A stretch of 30,523 bases of DNA from an uncultured Syntrophothermus sp. (GTDB lineage: Bacteria > Bacillota > Syntrophomonadia > Syntrophomonadales > DTU052): NCBI GenBank assembly GCA_964506825.1, contig CAZDND010000001.1, positions 5,676 through 36,198 on the forward strand, written 5' to 3'. Position numbers and translations under genes: made by a program. Of the stretch, positions 7,951 to 16,092 are shown in pieces. Every line of letters starts with the position of its first letter. The stretch's first letter is position 1. The notes beneath the pieces were generated by a model that did not search any database, was not told the origin of the DNA, and saw only the letters and a list, made by a program, of their open reading frames with translations.

Positions 7951-9945
7951 ATGAGCAGGGAGAATTCTTCAATGATGGTATCCCAGGAAATCAGGAATCA
8001 AAAGTTTAAAAACGGGTTGTACGGTTATTCACAGGGAGAGGTCGAGGAGTTCTTGAACAGGTTAGCCGTGGAATTCGAAAATCTATATGCAGACAATGAG
8101 CGCCTTAAGGCTCGCATCCGGAATTTGCGGGCCCAAGCAGATGTTTCCCAGGGCATCGAAAATAAAGTGAATAATTTGCAGTCGGTGGCATTTCCGGTAG
8201 CCCAAAGAATCAGGGAAGAAGCGATGCAGGGGGCTCAGGAATTGTTTGACAACACGGAGCCTCATTTCGAACGGCTTCGCGATTCCTTCAAGGAAATTAT
8301 GCAGAGAGTAGAGTACCTGAACGAAGAGGCTCACACTCTTTTAAACCTTGATGGGCACCGGTGTTCCGAATCTCCTTCGAAACCTTCGGCATTGGGGGAA
8401 ACCAGGCTGACGGAAATGGCGGATGAGATAGCTCAGCTTCGTGATCAGGCCCAGCAGATCATAGATAGCATGGATCAATGGCAGCGTTCTTTATACGCTG
8501 AAAGTAGGTCGGGACCGAAAGAGAGCCTTACGATCGAAGGCCTGATGTCTGCCCAGTGGAACGCCCTGAAAGGGGAGGCGTACGAAAAGAACCATATGAG
8601 CAGGGTGCCGGCCGAGGAGCCATTTACTCCTGTAGCGGGGGACAGCCTCATACTGAAGGACGATAATGCTCTGGGCGCCGACCTCTGGGATGCAGATGCC
8701 AGTTTTATTGCCGACGGGATTTTACACATAGGAAGTGTTAAAGCCGAAGACGATTTCGTTGGAAGCCTTGCATCGACTGGCAAAGAGCTGATACAACTCG
8801 GAGGAACCCTGGCCTCGGGAGAAGAGACTGCAATAGGCCCAATTACAGCTGGTGGCGAAATGGTTAAGATAAGCAGTGATCCGGTCCTGAATGAGGGGGA
8901 GGAGGCCTGGATGGAAGGGGGCCCTTCATCCGGACAGTCAATCGAGATAAGCTCCGGGGATGATGACGGGCTTATGAGTCTTCGTAAAGCGGATAAAGAA
9001 GCTGATTATAATAATACCGGCATGGCTTTGGATATCCAGCCAGCCGACGGTGTTCCCGGGCAATCTGTTGATCCGGGGATGTTCTTGGAAGAAAAACCGA
9101 TGGGGCAGGATTTTCCCGTTGCCCAAAATGGTTCTGCTGAGGAGAAAATGTTGGACGGGAAGGATAGTGGGAAACAAAGGATTCTCACCCGTAGGGGGCT
9201 GTTCAGCCCAGTGCTTTTGCTGGTGGTGGTGCTGCTGGGACTCGCAGCCGGGGTGGCATGGAAAAACGACCTGATTGACCTTCCATCAATGCCGGGCTTG
9301 ACAGCGCCATCTGCGGCCATCGAAGATCCAGCCAAGCCCATAGACGAAACTCCGGTGTCTCCTCCGCCAGCCCGTGAGACTACTCCTTTGCTGGATGCGG
9401 TCAAAGCCGGCGATGCCGGAGAGGTCAAGGCGCTTCTGGTTGCCGGAGAATCATCCCGGGAACTCAACCGGCAAGGAGAGTCACCGCTGATGGTGGCTGC
9501 CTATAAAAACGATTTGGAGATCATGGAGTTGCTTCTGGATGGCGGTGCTGACCCGAATATAAGTGAACAGCAATGGGGAGGGACTCCCTTGATGTACGCT
9601 TCCTATATGGGACAATTATCCACGGTCGAAATGCTGAATGACAGCGGTGCCGACTTGGATATCATGAGCAAAGAAGGCTGGACAGCACTAATGTGCGCTG
9701 CCTATGCTGGCCGTCCCCAGACGGCGGGCTTTTTGGTGGTGCGAGGCGCCGACCCTTACGTAGAAAACCCTGACGGATTGAATGCTTATGATCTTGCATT
9801 GCTGGCGGGTAGGTCAATCACTGCCGCGTCCATGGTTCAAGCAGGAGTCGAACCCTCACCGCAGAATTCAGACTATCTTGCAGAGAATTCTCTGGAAGAT
9901 AATCTGCTGATAATGTTTTCCGATAAATTTGATGAATTGCGGTAG
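7951..9945 (+). CDS. DivIVA-domain / transmembrane / ankyrin-repeat fusion protein
   Basis: N-terminus EIRNQKFKNGLYGYSQGEVEEFLNRLAVEFENLYADNERLKARI (DivIVA pattern) and coiled coil; long acidic linker; RR followed by a hydrophobic helix (about aa 417-437); Pro-rich spacer; about 5 ankyrin repeats (TPLLDAV, SPLMVAA, TPLMYAS, TALMCAA, NAYDLAL with GADPN/GADLD turns). The start may be ATG 7972 after AGGGAG. Confidence 0.85.
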   Translation: MSRENSSMMVSQEIRNQKFKNGLYGYSQGEVEEFLNRLAVEFENLYADNERLKARIRNLRAQADVSQGIENKVNNLQSVAFPVAQRIREEAMQGAQELFDNTEPHFERLRDSFKEIMQRVEYLNEEAHTLLNLDGHRCSESPSKPSALGETRLTEMADEIAQLRDQAQQIIDSMDQWQRSLYAESRSGPKESLTIEGLMSAQWNALKGEAYEKNHMSRVPAEEPFTPVAGDSLILKDDNALGADLWDADASFIADGILHIGSVKAEDDFVGSLASTGKELIQLGGTLASGEETAIGPITAGGEMVKISSDPVLNEGEEAWMEGGPSSGQSIEISSGDDDGLMSLRKADKEADYNNTGMALDIQPADGVPGQSVDPGMFLEEKPMGQDFPVAQNGSAEEKMLDGKDSGKQRILTRRGLFSPVLLLVVVLLGLAAGVAWKNDLIDLPSMPGLTAPSAAIEDPAKPIDETPVSPPPARETTPLLDAVKAGDAGEVKALLVAGESSRELNRQGESPLMVAAYKNDLEIMELLLDGGADPNISEQQWGGTPLMYASYMGQLSTVEMLNDSGADLDIMSKEGWTALMCAAYAGRPQTAGFLVVRGADPYVENPDGLNAYDLALLAGRSITAASMVQAGVEPSPQNSDYLAENSLEDNLLIMFSDKFDELR

Positions 9946-9989
9946 GCGGGTCGATAATAGCTTAAACCCAACTGCTCATCGAGAAATGA

Positions 9990-10017
9990 TTGGCGAACAT
10001 TCATCGTGTAGTATAAA
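9990..10017 (+). promoter_or_regulatory. Possible SigA promoter for the prepilin peptidase
   Basis: TTGGCG, 16-nt spacer, TATAAA. Confidence 0.4.
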
Positions 10018-10090
10018 CTATACGGCAATGATTGATCAGGGTCAGGAAAGCCTTTAAAGTTCTGAAAGACGATTGAATCAGAGGTGGCAG

Positions 10091-10843
10091 ATGACCGTAA
10101 TCTCCTTGGTGGTATTTATCTTGGGGGCTTATGCAGGCAGTTTTCTCAATGTTGCTATCCAACGGGTGCCTGAGAGGATAACCCTGGTTCCTCCGCCGTC
10201 CACCTGCGATCAGTGTGGCTCACGCCTCCAAATGGCAGACAGGGTGCCCTTATTAAGCTTTTTGGTGCTGAGTGGTCGCTGCCGGTCATGTGAAGGACGA
10301 AGATCCTGGCAGTATCCCCTGGTGGAGTTGCTGACCGCCATACTTTTTGTATTGGTTTGGATGGCCTACGGGTTTTCCTGGGCTACTCTGGCAGGATGGA
10401 TATTTGCTACGGTTATGGTCGCCATAACCATCGTTGATATTAGACATATGATCATTCCAAATGAAGTCCTGGCCGCGGGCGCATGCTTGGGACTTCCTTT
10501 TCTAGCCATGGAATCACTCTCCAAAACAGCCTGGGGTTTGGTTGCCGGGCTCAGTTTGGGAGCAGCCATGCTGTTGATAGCTTGGCTATCCAAAGGCGGC
10601 ATGGGTGGAGGGGATATTAAACTGGCTGCCCTTATTGGACTGTTTCTAGGTCCTCGTTTGGCGGCTCTGGCAATATTCATGGCCTTCCTTGTTGGAGGAG
10701 TGGTGGGTGCATTTCTGTTGGTATCAAAGATAAAGGGACGCAAGGATGCCATACCTTTCGGACCTTACTTGGCATTAGGCGGATTGCTGGCTCTTTTACA
10801 GGGCACGAATATTATCAATTGGTATTTGGGTCTATGGGCTTGA
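10091..10843 (+). CDS. pilD: Type IV prepilin peptidase (A24, PilD/ComC)
   Basis: GSFLNVAIQRVP; two CxxC pairs (CDQC, CRSC); YPLVELLT; catalytic Asp motifs IVDIRHMIIP and GMGGGDIKL; IPFGPYL. ATG 10091 follows GAGGTG; the ORF track start is 10073. Confidence 0.95.
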   Translation: MTVISLVVFILGAYAGSFLNVAIQRVPERITLVPPPSTCDQCGSRLQMADRVPLLSFLVLSGRCRSCEGRRSWQYPLVELLTAILFVLVWMAYGFSWATLAGWIFATVMVAITIVDIRHMIIPNEVLAAGACLGLPFLAMESLSKTAWGLVAGLSLGAAMLLIAWLSKGGMGGGDIKLAALIGLFLGPRLAALAIFMAFLVGGVVGAFLLVSKIKGRKDAIPFGPYLALGGLLALLQGTNIINWYLGLWA

Positions 10844-11018
10844 GAAATCCAGGTTCCAGCCGTCCAAATGATCAGCTGTTTGCTGACATCCCCAATAGTG
10901 CGGCAATGGCTTTCATTTCCTTCGCAGCTCATCGAAACCTATTTCGTAGATTTTGTAAATACCAGGGTTTAATATCCGCTTTCTGGGGGGACCTGGTTTG
11001 ATTACTAGTTGATTTTCA

Positions 11019-11050
11019 GCTGGAAGCGCTTTTGAAAAAGGGCTTCCAGC
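11019..11050. other. Strong intergenic hairpin upstream of yqeG
   Basis: GCTGGAAGC-G-CTTTT-GA-AAAAG-G-GCTTCCAGC; no U-tract follows on either strand. Confidence 0.5.
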
Positions 11051-11096
11051 CATGGATTTGCATTAAAATGGTTGCTCGAATACGGAGGTTGTTATT

Positions 11097-11633
11097 GTGA
11101 AAAAATATCTGCTGCCTGACGTGTATGTGGACTCGATTTTGGATATTCCGCTGGCGAAATTGCACGCCCTGGGCATTAGGGCCTTTATCATGGATCTTGA
11201 TAATACGGTTACCAAATGGAACAGTATGGAGGTCAGCCCTGATGTTCTGGAATGGATTAAAGAAGCCAAAGACAAAGGCTTTCGAGTGTGCATCGTGTCC
11301 AACGGCACTCGTGAGCGAGTCCTGACGGTAGCTCAGGATCTCCGGATACCATTCGTGTCCAATGCGGGCAAACCTCGCAGAAAAGCGTTTTATCGGGCCT
11401 TGGAAGTATTGGAAAGCACTGCTCTGGAATCCGCCGTTATCGGGGACCAGATTTTTACTGATATTTTGGGGGGCAACCGGATGGACTTGCTTACCATCCT
11501 GGTAGTACCTATAGATAAAAGGGAATTTATAGGAACACGCCTAATGCGTCGTCTGGAATATTTTGTTTTGGGCCGAATCAACCAGGCGGTTAAAAGGGGT
11601 GACATCAACGCAATCTTCATGGAACACGAGTAG
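11097..11633 (+). CDS. yqeG: YqeG-type HAD subfamily IIIA phosphatase
   Basis: DLDNT (DxDxT), IVSN, AGKPRR and IGDQIFTDILGGNR motifs; RBS GGAGGT before GTG. Confidence 0.93.
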   Translation: MKKYLLPDVYVDSILDIPLAKLHALGIRAFIMDLDNTVTKWNSMEVSPDVLEWIKEAKDKGFRVCIVSNGTRERVLTVAQDLRIPFVSNAGKPRRKAFYRALEVLESTALESAVIGDQIFTDILGGNRMDLLTILVVPIDKREFIGTRLMRRLEYFVLGRINQAVKRGDINAIFMEHE

Positions 11634-11723
11634 GGCTGAACCAGCAAAGACATCTTGCATAATTAAAAACAAATATGTAACAATATGGATATTATCAATG
11701 ATTGCAATGAAAGGGTGGGGACT

Positions 11724-12581
11724 GTGCCCATCGACCAGCATACCAAAATCTTCGGACTGATAGGTTATCCGTTGGGACATTCGTTGTCGCCGCTTATGCA
11801 TAACAGGGCTTTTGAGGCTGCCAGTTTCAACGGAGCATACCTGGCTTTTACGGTGGCCCCGGAGGACGTATCTGAAGTAGTCCCGGCCGCCAAGGCTTTG
11901 GGTATCCATGGATTCAATGTGACTATACCGCACAAGGAATCAATAATGAAGTACTTGGACCGGATCGATCCCGAGGCTGAGATGTGCGGGTCGGTTAACA
12001 CGGTGATTATCGAGGGGGACCAGGCGATAGGGTACAACACGGATGGCAGCGGCTTTATCAGGTCCCTGCAAACCGAGGGATTGGAGCTGCCAGCCACGGC
12101 TGTAATTCTGGGCGCGGGAGGATCAGCGAGGGCTATAGGCTCATCCCTGGCCGCCCGGGGATGCGACGTGGTCTTTGTCAATCGCCATTCTGAACGAGCA
12201 CGCATATTGGCATCAGACCTGAAAAAATTTACCGATCAGGATATACTGGGAATGGATACTGGGCAAGCGATCACCGCCAAGGTTTTTCAAAGGGCGGGGA
12301 TGGTGGTCAACACGACGCCGGTAGGTATGTTCCCCCGGATTCAAGAAATGCCGGCTATTCCATTGGATGAGGTTCAGACTGGAGCAATCATCTGTGATAT
12401 CATATACAATCCCCTCAATTCGCGGTTGCTGACCGAGGCGGCCAGCCGGGGCTTTAAGACGGTCAATGGCTTGGGAATGTTTATAAATCAGGGGGCCTCC
12501 AGTTGGCAGTTGTTTACGGGGCAAGCGGCTCCCATTAAGGAAATGTATGAGGTGGTGCAAAAATATCTGGCCGCGCATTAA
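11724..12581 (+). CDS. aroE: Shikimate dehydrogenase
   Basis: Motifs GYPLGHSLSPLMHN, NVTIPHKE, SVNTV, GYNTDGSGF, ILGAGGSAR, DIIYNP and NGLGMFINQG. GTG 11724 chosen as start; the ORF track start is 11685. Confidence 0.95.
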   Translation: MPIDQHTKIFGLIGYPLGHSLSPLMHNRAFEAASFNGAYLAFTVAPEDVSEVVPAAKALGIHGFNVTIPHKESIMKYLDRIDPEAEMCGSVNTVIIEGDQAIGYNTDGSGFIRSLQTEGLELPATAVILGAGGSARAIGSSLAARGCDVVFVNRHSERARILASDLKKFTDQDILGMDTGQAITAKVFQRAGMVVNTTPVGMFPRIQEMPAIPLDEVQTGAIICDIIYNPLNSRLLTEAASRGFKTVNGLGMFINQGASSWQLFTGQAAPIKEMYEVVQKYLAAH

Positions 12582-13071
12582 TGGGGAAGCTTCTGGCTAT
12601 ACCCTGGTGGAATTAATCTCGGTAATGGCCATTCTGGGGATTTTGTTCGCAATGGCCTGGCCTGCTTATCGGGATATGGCTGATAAAATGGCTTTGGAGC
12701 AGGATGCGGTCGTTATGGTGAGAGAAATCAGGCTGGCACGTCAGAGCGCGATAACAGCTGGAAGGGAATGCCTGATCATATTTGTGGCCAGTTCCAGCTC
12801 TGTGCCTTCAATATCCTACGAGGTACGCCAGAATCAGATAACCAGGACGGTGAGGCTCAGCCAGGGAGTGCGCCTGGTCGGAACCACCTTTGGCCCCGAT
12901 CCTAAATATCCTTCCATAGCGGGTCGAACTGCCTGCCGGATTTTTCCGTCGGGCATCCCAGCTCAAGGGGGGACCGTCCATCTGATTAACAACCAGGATA
13001 AGTCGTATTATGTGGCTGTTACACCCGTCACCGCCCGGGTAAGAGCTACGGAGACCGATCCCAGTAATTGA
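12547..13071 (+). CDS. Minor type IV pilin (FimU/FimT/ComGD-like)
   Basis: Class III signal SG|YTLVELISVMAILGILFAMAWP with E5; L..EIRLARQSAI helix; IFPSGIP..GGTVHL...SYYVAVTPVTARVR tail. Overlaps the aroE stop. Confidence 0.85.
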   Translation: MRWCKNIWPRINGEASGYTLVELISVMAILGILFAMAWPAYRDMADKMALEQDAVVMVREIRLARQSAITAGRECLIIFVASSSSVPSISYEVRQNQITRTVRLSQGVRLVGTTFGPDPKYPSIAGRTACRIFPSGIPAQGGTVHLINNQDKSYYVAVTPVTARVRATETDPSN

Positions 13072-13180
13072 GGTTTCCAATGGAGGACCACCTGGGAAAG
13101 CTGGATTTGACAGTTAAGGTTTTGGCTTCTGGAATAGGGGCGATGAGGATGACCATGGGGGCAGGATTTGGTTAGGCGCA

Positions 13181-13189
13181 TGATAGAAT
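13181..13189 (+). promoter_or_regulatory. Extended -10 element upstream of aroC
   Basis: TG-A-TAGAAT about 48 nt before the aroC ATG; no good -35. Confidence 0.35.
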
Positions 13190-13236
13190 ATAGTAATTCG
13201 AGAGTTTCATATTTAAAGAAGTAATGGGGTGGACAA

Positions 13237-14418
13237 ATGCTGCGTTTACTCACAGCGGGCGAATCTCATGGCCCGGCACTGACGGCGATTATTGAGGGCT
13301 TGCCGGCGGGTATCCCGGTAAAGAAAGATGATATCGACCTGCAACTGCAACGGAGACAGATGGGATATGGACGCGGCGGACGCATGTCTATCGAAAAGGA
13401 TCAGGTGCGGATACTGTCCGGAATCCGAGATGGGAAGACCTTGGGGAGTCCCGTCACTCTGATGATGGAAAATCGGGATCACCAAAATTGGCACCAAATA
13501 ATGAATGCGGAAGCGATCACATCCGGCAAGGAAGTCAAGCGTCCCCGGCCCGGACATGCGGATCTCGCCGGAGCCATGAAGTACCATCATCAGGATTTCC
13601 GTAATGTGCTGGAGAGATCCTCAGCCCGGGAAACCACTGCCAGGGTGGCGGCGGGAGCAGTCTTCAGGCGGCTGCTGGATTTGTTCGACATCCGCATATA
13701 TAGTCAGGTGGTAGGTATCGGAGAGGCGGTCAGCTCTCTCCGGGGACAGCCTATAACCTCTGAAACCCAGAAGAGGACTGAAGAATCTCCCGTCAGATGT
13801 GCTGATCCGGTGGCTGCTGATGAGATGATTGCCTGTATAGACCGGGCCAAAGAATCTGGCGAGTCACTGGGCGGTTGCTTTGAAGTCCGGGTCACCAACG
13901 TGCCTCCGGGATTGGGCAGCTATGTCCAGTTAGACCGGCGATTGGACAGCCTGCTGAGTGCAGCCATCATGAGCATACCCGCCATCAAGGGGGTTGAAAT
14001 CGGGGAAGGGTTTGAGAGCAGCCGGCAAAAAGGCTCTATGGTCCATGATCCGATCCGATTTGATGACGAAAGGGGACTGTTCCGGCAGCAGAACAACGCC
14101 GGCGGGATAGAAGGCGGAATGAGCAATGGCGAAGAAATTTGGCTGCGGGCTTACATGAAGCCCATTCCTACTCTTTACCAGCCTCTGGTCAGTGTGAATA
14201 TAGACGACTGGAAGGAAGCAGCTGCCGATATAGAGCGCTCGGATGTATGTGCCGTTCCTGCAGCATCAGTGGTAGGTGAGGCTATGGTAAGCATGGTTAT
14301 CGCCGGGGAGCTATTGAACAAGCTGGGCGGAGACTCGGTGGATGAGATGATGAGCAATTACGAGAATTACATGGGATATTTGGAAAAGGTGTGGAAATGG
14401 ACCAGAAGAAGAACATAG
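13237..14418 (+). CDS. aroC: Chorismate synthase
   Basis: Motifs LTAGESHG, GYGRGGRM, RPRPGHADL, ERSSARETTARVAAGA, SIPAIKGVEIG, NNAGGIEGGMSNG and ERSDVCAVPAA. Confidence 0.97.
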   Translation: MLRLLTAGESHGPALTAIIEGLPAGIPVKKDDIDLQLQRRQMGYGRGGRMSIEKDQVRILSGIRDGKTLGSPVTLMMENRDHQNWHQIMNAEAITSGKEVKRPRPGHADLAGAMKYHHQDFRNVLERSSARETTARVAAGAVFRRLLDLFDIRIYSQVVGIGEAVSSLRGQPITSETQKRTEESPVRCADPVAADEMIACIDRAKESGESLGGCFEVRVTNVPPGLGSYVQLDRRLDSLLSAAIMSIPAIKGVEIGEGFESSRQKGSMVHDPIRFDDERGLFRQQNNAGGIEGGMSNGEEIWLRAYMKPIPTLYQPLVSVNIDDWKEAAADIERSDVCAVPAASVVGEAMVSMVIAGELLNKLGGDSVDEMMSNYENYMGYLEKVWKWTRRRT

Positions 14419-14915
14419 TGCTGATAGGTTTTATGGGAACCGGGAAGACCGCTGTAGGAATAAGGCTGGCCTCCAGGCTGGGACGCGAATTTGTCGATAC
14501 GGATAAAGAAATAGAAAAGGTTGTCGGCATGCCGGTACGGGAGATTTTCCAGAAGTATGGGCAGACCAGATTTCGCTCGGAGGAGTCACTGGTCATAAAG
14601 CAGGTTTCTGCCCGGACCGGTATGGTGATTGCTACTGGGGGCGGGGCAGTGATCAATCCCGATAATGTCAGCAATCTAAAGGCCAACGGTGTCTTGGTCT
14701 GCCTGCAGGCTGACCCGCAGATTATCCTGGAACGGGTCAACCGTAAGCGCCGTACCCGACCCCTATTGAGGAAGGGTACCACGGTCGAAGATATTAGTGA
14801 GATGCTGGAGCAGCGGCGCGAGTATTATGAGCAGGCGGACATCCTGATTGATACAGCCGGGATGGAGCCGGAAGCAGTAGTCGGAAAAATTATTGAGAGC
14901 CTGAAGGAAAGGTAG
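14391..14915 (+). CDS. aroK: Shikimate kinase
   Basis: NIVLIGFMGTGKT Walker A; DTDKEIE, FRSEE, VIATGGG and RPLL motifs. Confidence 0.95.
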   Translation: MEMDQKKNIVLIGFMGTGKTAVGIRLASRLGREFVDTDKEIEKVVGMPVREIFQKYGQTRFRSEESLVIKQVSARTGMVIATGGGAVINPDNVSNLKANGVLVCLQADPQIILERVNRKRRTRPLLRKGTTVEDISEMLEQRREYYEQADILIDTAGMEPEAVVGKIIESLKER

Positions 14916-14918
14916 AAA

Positions 14919-15962
14919 TTGGCCATGGAAAGATTTCGAGTTGAATTGGGGCCCAGATCTTATGACATAGTTATCGGCAACGGAGTCCTTGGCGACCTCA
15001 GACTTCTGATTGAGGAAGCCGTGGGTGAGAGGAAAAAGGTCCTGCTGGTTACCAACCCCACCGTATTTGGGCTTTATGGATCCCAGGTAGTGAATACTCT
15101 GGGAATGGGAGATGGCAATCTGGTCCTGGGGATGGTACCGGACGGCGAGGAATACAAGACTATGGAACAGGCTCAAAGATTGATAGATCTGTTGATAGAT
15201 CATCAATTTGATCGCTATAGTCTAATATTGGCTTTGGGTGGCGGGGTGATCGGTGATCTGGCCGGATTTGTTGCGGCAATATACCAGCGGGGTATAGACT
15301 ACATCCAGATTCCCACGACTTTACTGGCCCAGGTGGACAGCAGTGTGGGCGGGAAGACGGCGGTCAATCACCCCCAAGGCAAGAACATGATCGGGGCTTT
15401 CCATCAGCCTCGGCTGGTGGCCATCGATCCATTGGTTTTAAAAACCCTTGAGGACCGGGACTATCTATCCGGTCTGGCGGAAATGGTCAAATATGGGATT
15501 ATCGCCGACCGGCATTATTTCGCCTTTCTTGAACATAACGCGGCTGCCATCAATGCCAGGAATTACGAGGTGCTCAAGCCGGCCATATTGTGGGCATGCC
15601 GGATCAAAGCCGCTATTGTTGAACAGGACGAACGAGAAGGAGGGCTGAGGGCTCTTCTCAATCTGGGACATACCTTTGGACATGCAATCGAGGCTCATTT
15701 TGGTTTTGGTTATTACCGCCATGGAGAAGCGGTGGCCATAGGCATTGCCATGGCTGCGCGTCTGGCCAATGACCTGAAAATCCTGGATGATAAGGCCCTG
15801 ACCTCTATTCTCCATCTCCTGCAAATACTGCACCTCGATTATCCTGAACCATATATACCCTCCGATGAGTTTGTAAATCTAATGCAGATGGATAAAAAGG
15901 TAAAAAATGGCCAGGTAAGGCTGGTACTGCCGGTGGCAGTAGGCCGTGCCATCATCAAATAG
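14919..15962 (+). CDS. aroB: 3-dehydroquinate synthase
   Basis: Motifs DGEEYKT, ALGGGVIGDLAGF, PTTLLAQVDSSVGGKTAVN, GKNMIGAFHQP, LLNLGHTFGHAIE, HGEAVAIG and MDKK. Confidence 0.97.
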   Translation: MAMERFRVELGPRSYDIVIGNGVLGDLRLLIEEAVGERKKVLLVTNPTVFGLYGSQVVNTLGMGDGNLVLGMVPDGEEYKTMEQAQRLIDLLIDHQFDRYSLILALGGGVIGDLAGFVAAIYQRGIDYIQIPTTLLAQVDSSVGGKTAVNHPQGKNMIGAFHQPRLVAIDPLVLKTLEDRDYLSGLAEMVKYGIIADRHYFAFLEHNAAAINARNYEVLKPAILWACRIKAAIVEQDEREGGLRALLNLGHTFGHAIEAHFGFGYYRHGEAVAIGIAMAARLANDLKILDDKALTSILHLLQILHLDYPEPYIPSDEFVNLMQMDKKVKNGQVRLVLPVAVGRAIIK

Positions 15963-16009
15963 GACCAGGGCTTTGCCAGGAAAACTATTATGAACAATTG
16001 TTGTTTTGG

Positions 16010-16069
16010 CAAAATATGGTTGCATATTACATAAATGTAAGTTAATATCATAATATAACAAAATATGGT
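16010..16069 (+). promoter_or_regulatory. AT-rich regulatory region upstream of pilB
   Basis: Direct repeat CAAAATATGGT at 16010-16020 and 16059-16069, flanking the palindrome TTACAT-AA-ATGTAA (16027-16040). Confidence 0.5.
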
Positions 16070-16092
16070 ATTAATTACATAGAAGGTATCAG

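Noticed and set aside
9946-11096. c-di-GMP-I (GEMM) riboswitch upstream of pilus genes
   Set aside because: No GGCAAA...GAAA...ACGCAAAGC core found in any intergenic region inspected.
15960-15962. Amber (pyrrolysine) readthrough of the aroB TAG
   Set aside because: TAG is the ordinary stop of many intact genes here (450, 9945, 11633, 14915, 21298, 28619), and no pyl genes are in the window.
16007-16023. Sigma-54 promoter look-alike TGGC...TTGC upstream of pilB
   Set aside because: GG to GC spacing is 12 nt, not the required 10.
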